From: Negaprion brevirostris
Taxonomy: Eukaryota
Reading direction: 5' to 3'
Assembly: GCA_030324005.1 (NCBI GenBank)
Contig: JARDVH010000031.1
Span: 68,175,651 to 68,238,217 of the forward strand
DNA: 62,567 nt
Below, one piece after another: positions 25,986-37,843 of this stretch. The notes under the pieces were generated by a model. That model did no database searches. It had not been told where the DNA came from and saw only the letters and a list, made by a program, of their open reading frames with translations. A program made the position numbers and the translations under genes. Each line of letters begins with the position of its first letter. Positions within the stretch are counted from its first letter, which is position 1.

Positions 25986-26285
25986 TGTTCAGTGGCATCA
26001 AATGTATTTCGTTTCTCTTTGTAATTTTCCATAGGAATAAACTTTAACCTGAGGGATCCTTGCAGCATGTGAAGGTCTGTCAACAGGTTTTACTTTTCTT
26101 TGCGAAGCTCACTTGTTTCATCACTGATTTTCCTGAAGTTCACAGAGCTCCCTTGTGTTCTTCTATTGTTTAAGACAGTCATCATGTCTTTGTGTAGTTC
26201 AAATGGCCACACACTTTTTTTGCTTTTGATCTTGAGGGATAATTAACTATTCTTTCAACTGTTCATTTTCTTCCCAACTCACTCT

Positions 26286-26472
26286 GGGGGCGGCATTTTT
26301 CAGGCACCCATGCGGTATGTTTGGCAGTGGGAGATGGAGCCTACCATTTGTTGGCCACGGAAACAGAAGATCCCACCACGATCAGTTGGGTTTCTCATTC
26401 AGTGCACCCCATGCCATCAGGAAATTCACTGTGGAAGATCCCATTGGCAAGAACAGCTGAAAAATTCTGTGC
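26286..26472. mobile_element. MITE family M3 (~170-185 bp)
   Basis: gggcggcattttt / aaaaattctgtgc ends; tttctcatt..caccccatgcc..gaaat core shared with 51104-51273. Confidence 0.6.
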
Positions 26473-27370
26473 AGTGTCTTTGAGGCAGCTTAAATGTTGT
26501 ACTTCAAAGTTCTGATGTGAACATATTCATGCAGAACAGCTTCATTTACTATTTGCATGTTTTGTTTCTTTTGAGTTGCCTTGGATAACTTTCCTTCATT
26601 CACAGCCATCTGCAGATTCTGCACTGCCATCTGATCTTGCAGCTTGGGTACTATGGCAGCATTTTCAAGGAACCCTATGTTGAGCCCTTCAACTACTTCT
26701 CAGCCATTTCTTTGTTTTACGCTGAAGTCATTGGCTCATGCATTTCATTACAGTGCCTTGGTCAGCAACCATCTTGTGGTTTACTTGAATATTGTGTCCT
26801 TTGCTCAAGAGTCTTCTATCACACGTATTCTGTGGTCTTTTGGCCTCCTCGATTTTGGGCTCCTGTTACCCTGTCTCTGGGGTCTTTTGCTGCCTTTGGC
26901 ACTTACTTGGGAGTTGGCCTTTCTCTCGGATCTTGTTTAATTTTCTGCCCATGGCCTTTCTTTTCTATCATTACAACTTTGTATGACAGTGTGCCGTTAA
27001 GGCTGTCAGTACAGTCACCATTCTTTATACTCAGGTTTCTTTGCTGTGAGCTTCTGGAACTTTTATGATCTTGGCGGGTGCCTCAGAAGTTGTGGGTCTT
27101 TAAAAAAAGCTTTTAAAAACTGCAGCACTTCTTTGCAGAGTGATTATTTCTGTTTTTCCCTTGATCTCTGCAGGTCCTTCTGACATTGGACATCCCTGCT
27201 AGAACTTTACTGGCATGCTCACCCAAGGCTTGTAAGATCCCACTTGAGGCCAATGGAGAATGCCATTCTGCGAGACTCGGTAAAATTCTGTGCTTTTGGA
27301 GTTTTGGCAGGCTTTTGGTCCGATAGGGACTTGTTCATTTTTAAAACGTAAAATGACAGCAGCTCTGCTC

Positions 27371-27800
27371 AAGTTTAGATTTATTTATTAGTGTCACTAG
27401 AAGGCTCCCATTACCAATGCAATGAAGTTACTGNNNNNNNNNNNNNNNNNNNNNNNNNNNNNNNNNNNNNNNNNNNNNNNNNNNNNNNNNNNNNNNNNNN
27501 NNNNNNNNNNNNNNNNNNNNNNNNNNNNNNNNNAGGCTCCCATTACCAATGCAATGAACTTACTGTGAAAATCCCCTAGTTGTCACACTCGGGCGCCTGT
27601 TCGAGTACACTGAGGGAGAATTTAGCATGGTCATTGCATCTAACCAGCACATCTTTCAGATTGTGGGAGCACCCAGAGGAAACCCACACAAACATGAAGA
27701 GGACATGCAGACTCCTTACATACAGTGACCCAAGCCGGGAATCAAACCCGGATTCCTGACACTGAGGCAGCAGTGCTAACCACTGTGCCACCGTGCCACC
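27371..27800 (-). mobile_element. SINE family A (spans gap with duplicated ends)
   Basis: tttatttattagtgtcac tail through gcagcagtgctaaccactgtgccaccgtgcc head. Confidence 0.9.
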
Positions 27801-28861
27801 CAGGAGAAGGAGTTTTTTTTATATACTTAGCAGGTTCTTGTTTGCTCTGAACTTTTTCCTTTGCTCTTTACTCTGTCTGCCTGCCGATTTAAATTTTGTT
27901 TCATTTGTACATTAATCACTGCTCTGATGGGTACCCTTACGTCACAATGGCATGCAGGCATATGCACATCGTACAACAGCCAAGGTAACTGAGGCAAGTG
28001 CACAGCAATGGACTGCTTCTTCTATAAAACTGGCCAGCTGGGAAAGCTTTGGTCAGTGAAATGGAAGAGCTGCAGTTATTTCCAGGTGATAGGCTGCTAC
28101 AACAACTCCTCAGAGTGAGCTATCAGCACTTGGCGGGGGACTGCCAACCTCCTGGAAGTGAATTGATCTGTCTTCCATTTCCCACACCTTCAATGTACTT
28201 CCCTGCTGTCAGCCTACACTATGACATGGGAGCATTTGATGCAGCTCTACNNNNNNNNNNNNNNNNNNNNNNNNNNNNNNNNNNNNNNNNNNNNNNNNNN
28301 NNNNNNNNNNNNNNNNNNNNNNNNNNNNNNNNNNNNNNNNNNNNNNNNNNNNNNNNNNNNNNNNNNNNNNNNNNNNNNNNNNNNNNNNNNNNNNNNNNNN
28401 NNNNNNNNNNNNNNNNNNNNNNNNNNNNNNNNNNNNNNNNNNNNNNNNNNNNNNNNNNNNNNNNNNNNNNNNNNNNNNNNNNNNNNNNNNNNNNNNNNNN
28501 NNNNNNNNNNNNNNNNNNNNNNNNNNNNNNNNNNNNNNNNNNNNNNNNNNNNNNNNNNNNNNNNNNNNNNNNNNNNNNNNNNNNNNNNNNNNNNNNNNNN
28601 NNNNNNNNNNNNNNNNNNNNNNNNNNNNNNNNNNNNNNNNNNNNNNNNNNNNNNNNNNNNNNNNNNNNNNNNNNNNNNNNNNNNNNNNNNNNNNNNNNNN
28701 NNNNNNNNNNNNNNNNNNNNNNNNNNNNNNNNNNNNNNNNNNNNNNNNNNNNNNNNNNNNNNNNNNNNNNNNNNNNNNNNNNNNNNNNNNNNNNNNNNNN
28801 NNNNNNNNNNNNNNNNNNNNNNNNNNNNNNNNNNNNNATACCTGTCTGGCTCAATCTGCTT

Positions 28862-29208
28862 TAGAATCACAGAACCCTTGCAGAGCAGAAGGAAGTCATT
28901 CAACCCATTAGGTCAGCATTGAAAGAACATCCCACACAAGCCCTTCCCTCTGCACTACCCCCATAAACCCACACATTTACTATGGCTAATCCACCTAACC
29001 TCCATATCTTGGGACACTAAGGGACAATTCAGCTTGGCTAATTCACCTAGCTTGTATATCTTTAGACTGTGGGAGAAGACCAGAGCACCTGGATGAAACC
29101 CACACATATATGGGGAGAATGTGCAAACCGTACACAGTCATCCAAGGCCAGACTCAAAGCTGGGTCCCTGGTGCTGTGAGGCAGCAATGCTAACCAGTGT
29201 ACCACCCT
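28862..29208 (-). mobile_element. HE1-like SINE
   Basis: tagaatcacagaaccc tail, ggacactaagggacaatt, tgggtccctggtgctgtgaggcagcaatgctaacc head. Confidence 0.85.
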
Positions 29209-30173
29209 TTGCTAATGCCTTGTTCTCTTTCCCATAAGAGTGCGGTATAATTGTGTTTTCTACCCTTGAACTGGAAGAGGGAATTGCATTAGATATTTTA
29301 ATTCCAGATTATTATTAAATTCAAATTTTACCATCTGCCGTAGTAGGATTCAAACCCAGACCCCCAGATCTTACTTGGGTTTCTGGATCACCAGTCTAGT
29401 GACAGTACCACGATGCCACTGCATTCCCATGGATGTTGGAGGTTATGTACTCTCTTCTCCCGCAAGGGGAGAAGGCAAAGAATTATGAGTGTTCACAGTG
29501 GCAAAATACAACAGTTGAGAGGGTAACTGTGAGACATGGAAATGAGGGGACATCAAGGCAGCATTTGACTAGATATGGCATCAAGGAGCTGAGAAAAACT
29601 GGAGTCAATGGTTATCAGAGGGAAAACCCTCCAATGGTTGGAGTAATACCTGACACAAAAGAAAATGACTGTGGTGATTGGATGTCAATCACCTCAGTTC
29701 CAGAATGTCACCTCAGCATTCCTTACGATTACATCCTAGGCCCAATTATTTACAGCTGCTTCATCAATAACCTTCCTTTCCATCCTGAGATCATCATGAA
29801 ATGTTCAATGATGACTGCACAATGTTCAGCACCATTTGTGACTCCTCAGACACTGAAGCAGTCCATGTCCAAATGGAGCAAGATCTGGACAAAATCTCTG
29901 CTTGGTCTGACAAATGACAGATAGCATTCGCATCACACAAGTGCCAAGGAATGACCATCTCCAACAAAAGAGAATTCAACCATCTCCCTTTGACATTCAG
30001 TGGTATTACCATCATTGAATACCCCAATATCAACATTCTGGGGGTTACCAATGGCCAGACACTGAACTGGACTAGCTTTATAAATATTGTAGCCACAAGA
30101 GCAGGTCGGAAGTGAGGAATCCTGCAGCATGCAATTTACCACCTGACTCCCCAAACCCTGTAAATAAGGCACA

Positions 30174-30532
30174 ATGAGATGGAGCTGCCAGTGTTGGACT
30201 GGGGTGGACACAGTAAGAAATCTCCCAATGCCAAGTTTGCAAGATCCTATTAATTATCTTGGCTAGAGACAATTCTCACCTTTTTAAGCTGTGATTATCC
30301 CTGTCTCCATTCACACTGTTTGTACTTGTAAAGACTTGATTACCTGTGAAGACCTGCAATCCAATCATTCTTCACTTACCAATTTGTAATTATCTTGCAA
30401 TTATGTCTTGGCCTATATATGCCGTGTTTGTGAACCTACCTCCACTCACCTGATGAAGGAGCAGGGCTCCGAAAGCTCATGATTCCAAATAAACCTGTTG
30501 GACTTTAACCTGGTGTTGTGAGATTTCTTACT
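30174..30532 (+). mobile_element. Penelope-like element derivative (family P1): short inverted tail + pLTR with hammerhead; 10-bp TSD
   Basis: Starts atgagatggagctgccagtgttggactggggtggacacagtaagaa and ends ..aataaacctgttggactttaacctggtgttgtgagatttcttact; flanked by ataaggcaca (30164-30173) and ataagtcaca (30533-30542) inside the host LINE. Confidence 0.8.
30446..30482 (+). ncRNA. Minimal type I hammerhead ribozyme motif (PLE-associated)
   Basis: tcac-CTGATGA-a-GGAGC-agg-GCTCC-GAAA-gc-TC-atga: both core boxes intact, 5-bp stem II, loopless palindromic AGCT stem III, stem I with one mismatch next to the cleavage site. Confidence 0.75.
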
Positions 30533-31371
30533 ATAAGTCACAGGTTAATAGTGTGATGTAATTCTTTCCAGTTGCCTGGATGAGCGCTTCTCAAACAACA
30601 CTCAAGAAGCTTGATGCTGTCCAAGACAAAGCAGTCTGCTTAATAGGTACCCCTTTCACAAACACTCACTTTCTCCACCACCGATGAACAGTGGCAGCAG
30701 TGTCTACCATTTACAAGATGCACTGCAGCAATGCGCCAAGACTCCTTTGCTTGTGCCTTCCAAACACATGACTGCTACTGTTTTGAAAGGCAAGGGCAGC
30801 AAATACCTGGGTACCCATTTGTTCCCCTCCAAGTCTCTTGCCTTCCTGACTGGAAAATACATTGCTGTTTTTTTCTCTGTCACTGGGTGGAATATTGTCA
30901 TCCTAGGAATCATAGCAGGTGGGACACAAGCCACTCAAAGGTCCATTGATCGCGGGTGGGATTTTCCAGCACTGGGGTCAAAGTCCTGGAGCTCCCTTTT
31001 TAACAGCATTGTGGGTGTACCAGCACATCAAGGACTGAAGCAATCAAGAAGGCAGCTCACCATCACATAATTAACGGTAATTAGGATGGCAATAAATGTT
31101 GGCCTGATCAGCATCACTGACATCCATTAAATGATTTAAAAATATTCTAATCAATGTGGCCTATTGCAGACTGTGAGGAAAGTTCCAAAAATTAAGCTTG
31201 AAACCTAGGGCTATTAGGTCTGGTTTGAAAGGTTTACAATGTTTTCAATTTTTAAAAATGTACTTACTATGGGTCTAATGACAGTTTCCCCATCAGATTA
31301 GAAAATCGTTTTGCAATTTTTCTTGTGAAACTCATTTAAAAGCAGATTATGTGTGAATGTAGGCCATCACA

Positions 31372-31664
31372 GAGGCATAGTGGTTAGCACAGTGCCTGGG
31401 ACCTGGGTTCAATTCCCATTTTGGGTCACTGTCTGCGCAGAGTCTGCACGTTCTCTCCATATCTGCATGCGTTTCCTCCAGGTGCTCCAGTTTCCTCCCA
31501 CAGTCTGAAAGACATGCAGGTTAGATGCATTGGCCATGCTAAATTCTCCCTCAGTGTACCCAAACAGGTGCCGGAGTGTGGCAACTGGGGGATTTTCACA
31601 GTAACTTCATTGCAGTGTTAATGTAAGCCCATTTGCGACACTAATAAATAAACTTTAAACTTTA
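31372..31664 (+). mobile_element. SINE family A
   Basis: gtggttagcac..gggacctgggttcaattccc..ggtgctccagtttcctcccacagtc..gggattttcacagtaacttcattgcagtgttaatgtaagcc..taataaataaactttaaacttt. Confidence 0.92.
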
Positions 31665-32011
31665 ATTAGTATTCAAAATATTTATGTTTTTTAACGATAA
31701 ACCTATTTACAGCTCCATTGTACAAACACGACCATGTTACCATTTTGAAACATTGAGGAATATTTTAGAAGTAATTAAAAATAAAGCTCATGTGTGAAAT
31801 ATGCTAACAGATTGTGCTGATTCAAGGCAGATTTGTCATACTGCAATTCACACATGAGATTGAGCCAAAATTCAGAAGGGAAAATGAATCTTGAAAACTG
31901 ACAACATTTATACTGGAATCACTGGTTTCACTCAAAATAGTAATTTATTCTCTAGGTACTTTCCAAAGAGCAGTTGAGTCACTTGATAGAAGATTTGAAT
32001 GTAAAACATTT

Positions 32012-32727
32012 ACACTAATTTAATCCCACATGTTCGGGGCGGATGGGATTCCTGCTAGTGTTCGCCATGGGCAAAAGTAGTGGCGTTGGTGGAAAATCAA
32101 GTGAGATGTGGGAACATGAATCTTAGTGACGAGGTCGCCTTCTTGGATTTTCATTGCCCCTTGCCCACAGGAATCTTCTGTAAATACATTTAAATAAACT
32201 TAAATGTGTTTAGAGGACTGCCCACGATATATTCCCCCCAGGAGAGAATTCTACCCCTCCCTCCTCGCCGATGTGATGTCCTGTGCCTTGATGTTGCCCT
32301 CTTGGCACTGCAGTTCCAGAGGGACAGTACCAGGAGGCTGTGGCAAGGGCTGGCTCTCTGGGGAGGGGGTTCAGCTCAAACCTTTGTGGCGGGAAGTGCC
32401 TCANNNNNNNNNNNNNNNNNNNNNNNNNNNNNNNNNNNNNNNNNNNNNNNNNNGGTCCATCATATCCACATTGGGATGGTGTAGAGTTTATTTCTAACGG
32501 GGAAGACCAGGGCGCCCTTTGAAGATGACGGTCTGATCTCTGTAGAACCGGCATTGCCAGCTATATCAGCCGGCTCACCATTGTGACAGCAGAAACCACA
32601 TCCCCAGATTCACAGTGTACTGAGCGCCAGAGTATCTGGTGAGAACTCGGCTGTGCTGCTGAAATGTTACATCCTGGTTTTCTCACTGAAACTGACACTT
32701 CGACAAATTATCAGAAGATTCCGTCCG
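32012..32727. mobile_element. Degenerate Harbinger-like non-autonomous element
   Basis: GC/CpG-rich island ending ..agaagattccgtcc (TIR-like); the left end is uncertain. Confidence 0.4.
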
Positions 32728-32743
32728 TCATTTGAACTTTACC

Positions 32744-32871
32744 AGGCAGAATTTTCCCATACCATCCACCATGGGAATTGTAGCAGGCGGAACACAAGAC
32801 ATGCAAAGGCCTGTTGACCTCAGGTGGGATTTTTCGGCCGCACTCACCACAATGCCAGAAAATCCCACCCA
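32744..32871. mobile_element. MITE family M1
   Basis: ggcagaattttcc / agaaaatcccaccc; core ggcctgttgacctcaggtgggattttt. Confidence 0.8.
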
Positions 32872-32994
32872 CCTTTTTTGGCACGTTTTTGGGTCAATAA
32901 ACCAGGGCAAATTATACACAGCATAAGGTTGTGTGCAGTAGCAATAGCACTTGACGTTTTACATGCATTATAAAAGTCTGACTTCCATGCTAAA

Positions 32995-33285
32995 AAATTT
33001 TTAAAAACAAAAGTCTCAGCGGCTCTGATAGCACGTGTGGAGAGAGATTAGAGCGAATGTTTTGAGTCAGGANNNNNNNNNNNNNNNNNNNNNNNNNNNN
33101 NNNNNNNNNNNNNNNNNNNNNNNNNNNNNNNNNNNNNNNNNNNNNNNNNNNNNNNNNNNNNNNNNNNNNNNNCAGCGGCTCTGATAGCACGTGTGGAGAG
33201 AGATTAGAGCTAATGTTTTGAGTCAGGATGACCCTTCGTCATGGCTGAAGCCAGCTGGAAGTAGGATGAGATTTATACTGGGGGT
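32995..33285 (-). mobile_element. Penelope-like pLTR fragment (family P2) with degenerate hammerhead
   Basis: tctcagcggctctgatagcacgtgtggagagaga..aatgttttgagtcaggatgacccttcgtca; minus strand reads TGACGA-a-gggtc-atcct-gactc-AAAA-ca-TT. Confidence 0.6.
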
Positions 33286-34317
33286 GTAAACCGTGTAATC
33301 ACTTGTGGGAACATCCGGCAGTGGGGTCTCCCAGCACATCTTCCGGAGTATCTCTGGGGTACAACCATCATAGTAACTTCATTGCACTATTAACGTAAGC
33401 CTACTTGTGACTAATAAACGAAAATAAACAGTTATCTCGAGATTGGATTGAGGAACTAAAGGGCTTCCTCTTATTTGCAGGATACAAAATGAAAGGATGA
33501 TCTGGGTTGTGATCCTTTCCATTAGTTCTAAAAACACTGTGTCCTCAGCAGGCCCTCATATCAAAACCATCTCCAGTCTCTTCCTTAATCAAGTGCACTA
33601 CAGCCTAGGAATCTGTGTTAGTGATATTAGTCAGTGAATGACTAATACACTTGTGTAAGTTTACTTTCTCTGCTAACAACAGCATTAGCAGGGGAACCAT
33701 TGACTTCTTCACTCATCTCATGTGATGTTATGGTATACATTAGATAAGAATAAAAGATTGTTAATATGTCTTGTTGCCATAAGAAGAACTGGTTTTAAGA
33801 TATTTTTGCTGATGTAATGTTTCAGAACTACACATTTCCTATTTTAATGCATAGTATATTGAACATGCAAAATGGAAAAGATTAGCACTAAAATGTAATA
33901 TAAAATGCTACAGCAGGGACCCTTATAATAAGAAAGCCATTTCCAACTTGATTCCTTTCATACCTCCAGATTTAACTCTAAATCTGTTTATTATTCCAAG
34001 ATCTCCAGAAAATTTGAACTTATTGCTTTAATGAATGCAATTTATTTTAATAGAATAATTTAAAAATGTCTTCCTCTTACAAGGAGGATTTTTTTTTCAC
34101 CAAAGCCAGTGACGTATTCTTGAACAATTCCATCGATTAAAATGACCCAAGGGTTAAGTTGCATTCAACTCAACAAAATTGGAATTGCATCATTCCACAA
34201 GAATCAAATTTTAATTTTTATGACATGAAAGATTATACTAGTTTGTCCCTTTAAAATTGTATAAACTGTACGTAAGCTAATTGTTCTATTGCGAACAAAT
34301 TATCAATCGCAAACAAA

Positions 34318-34506
34318 CTTCTGCCTTCATCCAAAGACGTGCAGGTTAGCTGGATTGGCCAGGCTAAATTGCCCCTTAGCGTCCCAAGGTTGTGGGCATT
34401 AGTAGGGTAAGTACTTGAGGTTTATAGGGATAGGGCCTCTGTCGGACTGTCAGCTCAGATTCGATGGGCCAAATGGCCTCCTTCTGCACCGGAGAGATTC
34501 TACAAT
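34318..34506 (+). mobile_element. HE1-like SINE 3' part
   Basis: ccaaagacgtgcaggttag..gctaaattgcccctt..gatgggccaaatggcctccttctgcac..gattcta. Confidence 0.8.
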
Positions 34507-34809
34507 TTGTGGTTTTNNNNNNNNNNNNNNNNNNNNNNNNNNNNNNNNNNNNNNNNNNNNNNNNNNNNNNNNNNNNNNNNNNNNNNNNNNNNNNNNNNNN
34601 NNNNNNNNNNNNTTTTTTGACTCGTGATTACACTTCTGTGAAGCATCTCGAGCTGCTTTCCTATGTAAAAGGCACTATATAAATATAAGCATTCTTTTTC
34701 TATTATTCTTGTACACATACCTATTATCCGAATAACCAGGTGATTATTCCGCCAATGTATTTATCTTTATGACTTTCTGGAAATCCTATTTTCTCCTCAA
34801 ATGCATCCT

Positions 34810-35600
34810 ATATCCAACTTTGATTTGAACATTCAAAAAGGATAGTAGCTTGATACTGTCTATTCTAAACGGCTGGATCAAGTGTCAGTTTTAAAACTGA
34901 GATTGAGAGCTTTTTATTTGTCAAACTATTTAGAGATATGGAGAAAAGGCCGGCATATGGAATTAGGTCACAGGTCAGCCATGATCTCATCTAATGGCGC
35001 GGAAGAAACTTGAGGAGCTAAATGGCTTCCTCTTGTTTGCAGGACTCAAAATGAAATTAATCCCATGACCCTACTCTCTCTGCATATTTCAAATACTTAT
35101 CCAATTTATTTTAAAAAGTGTAACGGTCACTGATTCAATTACTGACATCACAATGCATCCTAAACTCCAAAATCTCACAGCATAATAAAACTTTTTCTAA
35201 TCTCTATCCTCCCTCAGGAAGCATCTTAAACTGATTACTCCTATTACTTCCAACTATGGGAAATAGCCTTTCCCCACGCAAATCAATCCAAGTTCTTAGA
35301 ACCCTTTGGGTAAACACACTTCTCCTAACCTTCATCCTTACTCTTGATGACAGTTATGTTGATGACCCTTATTTCTTATTCCCCAACCACGAAAAAAGTC
35401 TTTCCATTTTCACTCTATCATAACACTTTATAACTTCAAAATGCTTCATTAAACTTCATCCCTGCTCCAATGAAAGCGGCTCTAGAATCTCAAGTGTCTC
35501 TTTAGAATTATGGCTACATATTGCTGACATTATCTTGGTGAATCTATACTTTATATTGTTCTTGGCACTTAAGTAGACCACCCAAAGCTCTTTTTACTCT
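34810..35600. mobile_element. Old CR1 fragments (plus-strand 3' end 34810-35045; minus-strand decayed pieces 35050-35600)
   Basis: ttttaaaactgagattgag..agatatgg..tcagccatgatctcat..aatggc..aatggcttcctcttgtt, then reverse-oriented CR1-like pyrimidine-rich segments. Confidence 0.6.
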
Positions 35601-35764
35601 TGCATTTTGTACCGCACAATTAAAGATACATGATGTGACTGACCTCTTTATCAGGGAATTGCATTTTTGAATGCTTAACCTTGCTTCTGCTAATGACATC
35701 TTTCAGTGTCTTTCCATTGAATACACGTCCTAAGTCCTCGGCTATTCCTCCCAAAATATATTCA

Positions 35765-35898
35765 TTGAAAACCTCCAACCTCATCCACGGCTGGGATTCT
35801 CTGGTGCTGCTGAAGTAAATGCAGTTTTGGCTGAGTGCCAATTTCCCCATTCTCCCTGGCAGTGGAGCAGGAATGGACCCGATAGGAGAATCCTCCCA
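35765..35898. mobile_element. MITE family M2
   Basis: ggctgggattctctggtgctgctgaagtaaatgcagttttggctgagtgccaatt..ggagaatcctccc. Confidence 0.75.
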
Positions 35899-35906
35899 TG
35901 ATTCCA

Positions 35907-36222
35907 GGGTGGAACGGTGATTAACACTGGTACCTCACAGCACCAGAGACCTGGGTTCAATTCCAGCCTTGGGTGACTGTGTGAAGTTTTCACATTTTCC
36001 CCATGTATGCATGGGTTTCCTCTGGGTGCTCCGATTTCCTCCTACACTCCAAAAGATATGCGGGGTTAGGTTGATTGGCCATGCTAAATTGCCCCTTAAT
36101 GTAAGGAGGATTAGCACGATTAATTTGTGAGGTTACAGGAATATGGCCTGAGTAGGACTGCTGATGGTGGAGGCTCGATGGGGCAAATGGCCTCCTTCTG
36201 TAATGTAGAGAGTCTATGATCT
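35907..36222 (+). mobile_element. HE1-like SINE, near full length
   Basis: Head cggtgattaacactg..gacctgggttcaattcc; V core gggtttcctctgggtgctccgatttcctcc; tail aaatggcctccttctg..tgtagagagtctatgat. Confidence 0.9.
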
Positions 36223-37431
36223 CACATGAACTTGCACTTGCCATCTGTTTTCTAAGTCTGTTAACTTGTCTATGTGATTGAAGAGTAATCTCACACTAAA
36301 TAGTCCAATCACCCAATATTATTTCTCTTCCTCTTTTTCAAACAGGAGACAGCGATGCTGATATATAAGTGGATATCACTCCAGAGGTTAAAATTAAAGG
36401 GACATGAAACAGGACAGAAAGGGATACTCAAAGCAAAAGTGCAATAAAGGAATGATGAAAGATATGAGGCATAACATCAGAGATTTCAGCTGGGAGGTGG
36501 TAACAAATATTAAGGGACACATGGAAAGCAACTGATGCACAGAAGAGAAAAGAATTTGCGGCAATTGGATATGGAAAGAGTCAGAAGTATTGGAAAGAAT
36601 GGACAACAGGAGAAAACAATTAATCAATAGCACTGTCTGTTGTTGTCTTTTTATTTAAATACAACCTTCGAATTCAACTATTGTCTTGTATTTGCCTAGC
36701 ATCCAGGGCCAATGACACTACAGTCTTTAATTAGATGGAGCTGTAACAGGCAGCCAATTTTAATTCTTCGATTCAATGTCATGGGACAAATCAAAAGAGA
36801 CCACTCACTATTAACTTGGGCAGATAATGCAGCAATTTGGACGTATAAAACTTGCTGCTGGCCTGCCTTAATGGCATGTGTTCAAGTTAGTTACTGGCAA
36901 GCTCTACTAAACAAAAAAACAAAAATGTGAATTTAATGTCTATTTATAGACACAAAAGCAGGCAATGCAGTGCATTTAGGTTGGTGTCTTTCTTATCACA
37001 GATCATGACACGTATGCTTTCAGTAACAAATATCAGATTAACGAGGGGAAAATCCTGACTAAGGCCGGCATGATTAACATTGAAGAAACTTAAAATACTT
37101 ATCATGTGGAGTTTGGCTTTNNNNNNNNNNCAAGTGGATCCAAGCTCAGGGATTATGATATTTTTGGCCATGAATAAGACTAAGTTCCGATCCTGCATCA
37201 TTCCTTGTAAGTAGGAACAGATTTCCTTTACACAGATGAACTGCCTGCCTATGACTATATTTAGTTTGCGGATGTTTCGTTTGATCAAACTGACTCCAAT
37301 CCATTTATTGTTTACTGTGGACATGAAAGAACTTCACAAATCCACCTGCATTGATTGCAGTGTCAACAGTTTTCTTCTTGACTGCGTTGTTTCCATTTAT
37401 ATGTTTTTCAAACAAAGAAGAAAGATTTAGA

Positions 37432-37566
37432 TAACTTAGTGTCAGGGGGATTATCAAGGTAAATGCGTGGGGTTATGGGGATAGAGCCTGGGTGAGATTA
37501 TTGCTGGTGCAGGCTCGATAGGCTGAATGGCCTCATACCGTATTATAGGGATTCTATGATTCAATG
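37432..37566 (+). mobile_element. HE1-like SINE 3' fragment
   Basis: cttagtgtcaggggga..ggttatggggatagagcctggg..tgcaggctcgataggctgaatggcc..tagggattctatgatt. Confidence 0.8.
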
Positions 37567-37716
37567 AAATGTAGCACCTTTTTCAACTTCAGGATCTGCC
37601 AAAGCACTTGACTGCCAGTGAAGAATTTTTGAAGTTAAAGCATGTGGATGCTGCAATGATCAAATAAAATACTTGGCAGATCTGGTAGCTTCTTTGGAGA
37701 GGGAAGCAGACTTAAC

Positions 37717-37843
37717 AGCCGGAATCTTACCAGCACACCCGCCCTGATTCTGGGGACAGGCAAGGCTTGGAGAACGGCATTCTCCGTTGGCCTCGGGATG
37801 GATTATACGAACCTCAGGTGTACATGCCAATAACGTTTCACCC
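37717..37843. mobile_element. MITE, M1-related
   Basis: gccggaatcttacc..tctccgttggcctcgggatggatt..tttcaccc. Confidence 0.6.

Larger units (their letters stand above)
29300..31140 (+). mobile_element. CR1/L2-like LINE RT/3' region with nested PLE (30174-30532) and MITE fragment (30884-30978)
   Basis: ILGPIIYSCFINNLP, ..DDCT.FSTI, INILGVT, caagaagcttgatgctgtccaagacaaagcag, terminal ggcaataaatgttggcct. The first ~130 bp may be a separate short minus-strand tRNA-like fragment. Confidence 0.85.

Noticed and set aside
26637-27068. 143-aa hydrophobic plus-strand ORF
   Set aside because: The hydrophobicity follows from the T-rich strand of a decayed repeat; no domain or splice signals.
31262-31310. 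Minus-strand strong donor GTAAGTA preceded by ..LSLDP
   Set aside because: The upstream sequence does not encode the expected YWTD exon; isolated consensus donors are common in large introns.
36944-37324. 126-aa minus ORF with HNP..LDP-like words near 37131-37160
   Set aside because: The motifs are in different frames with a stop, there is no LRP similarity otherwise, and the ORF crosses a gap.
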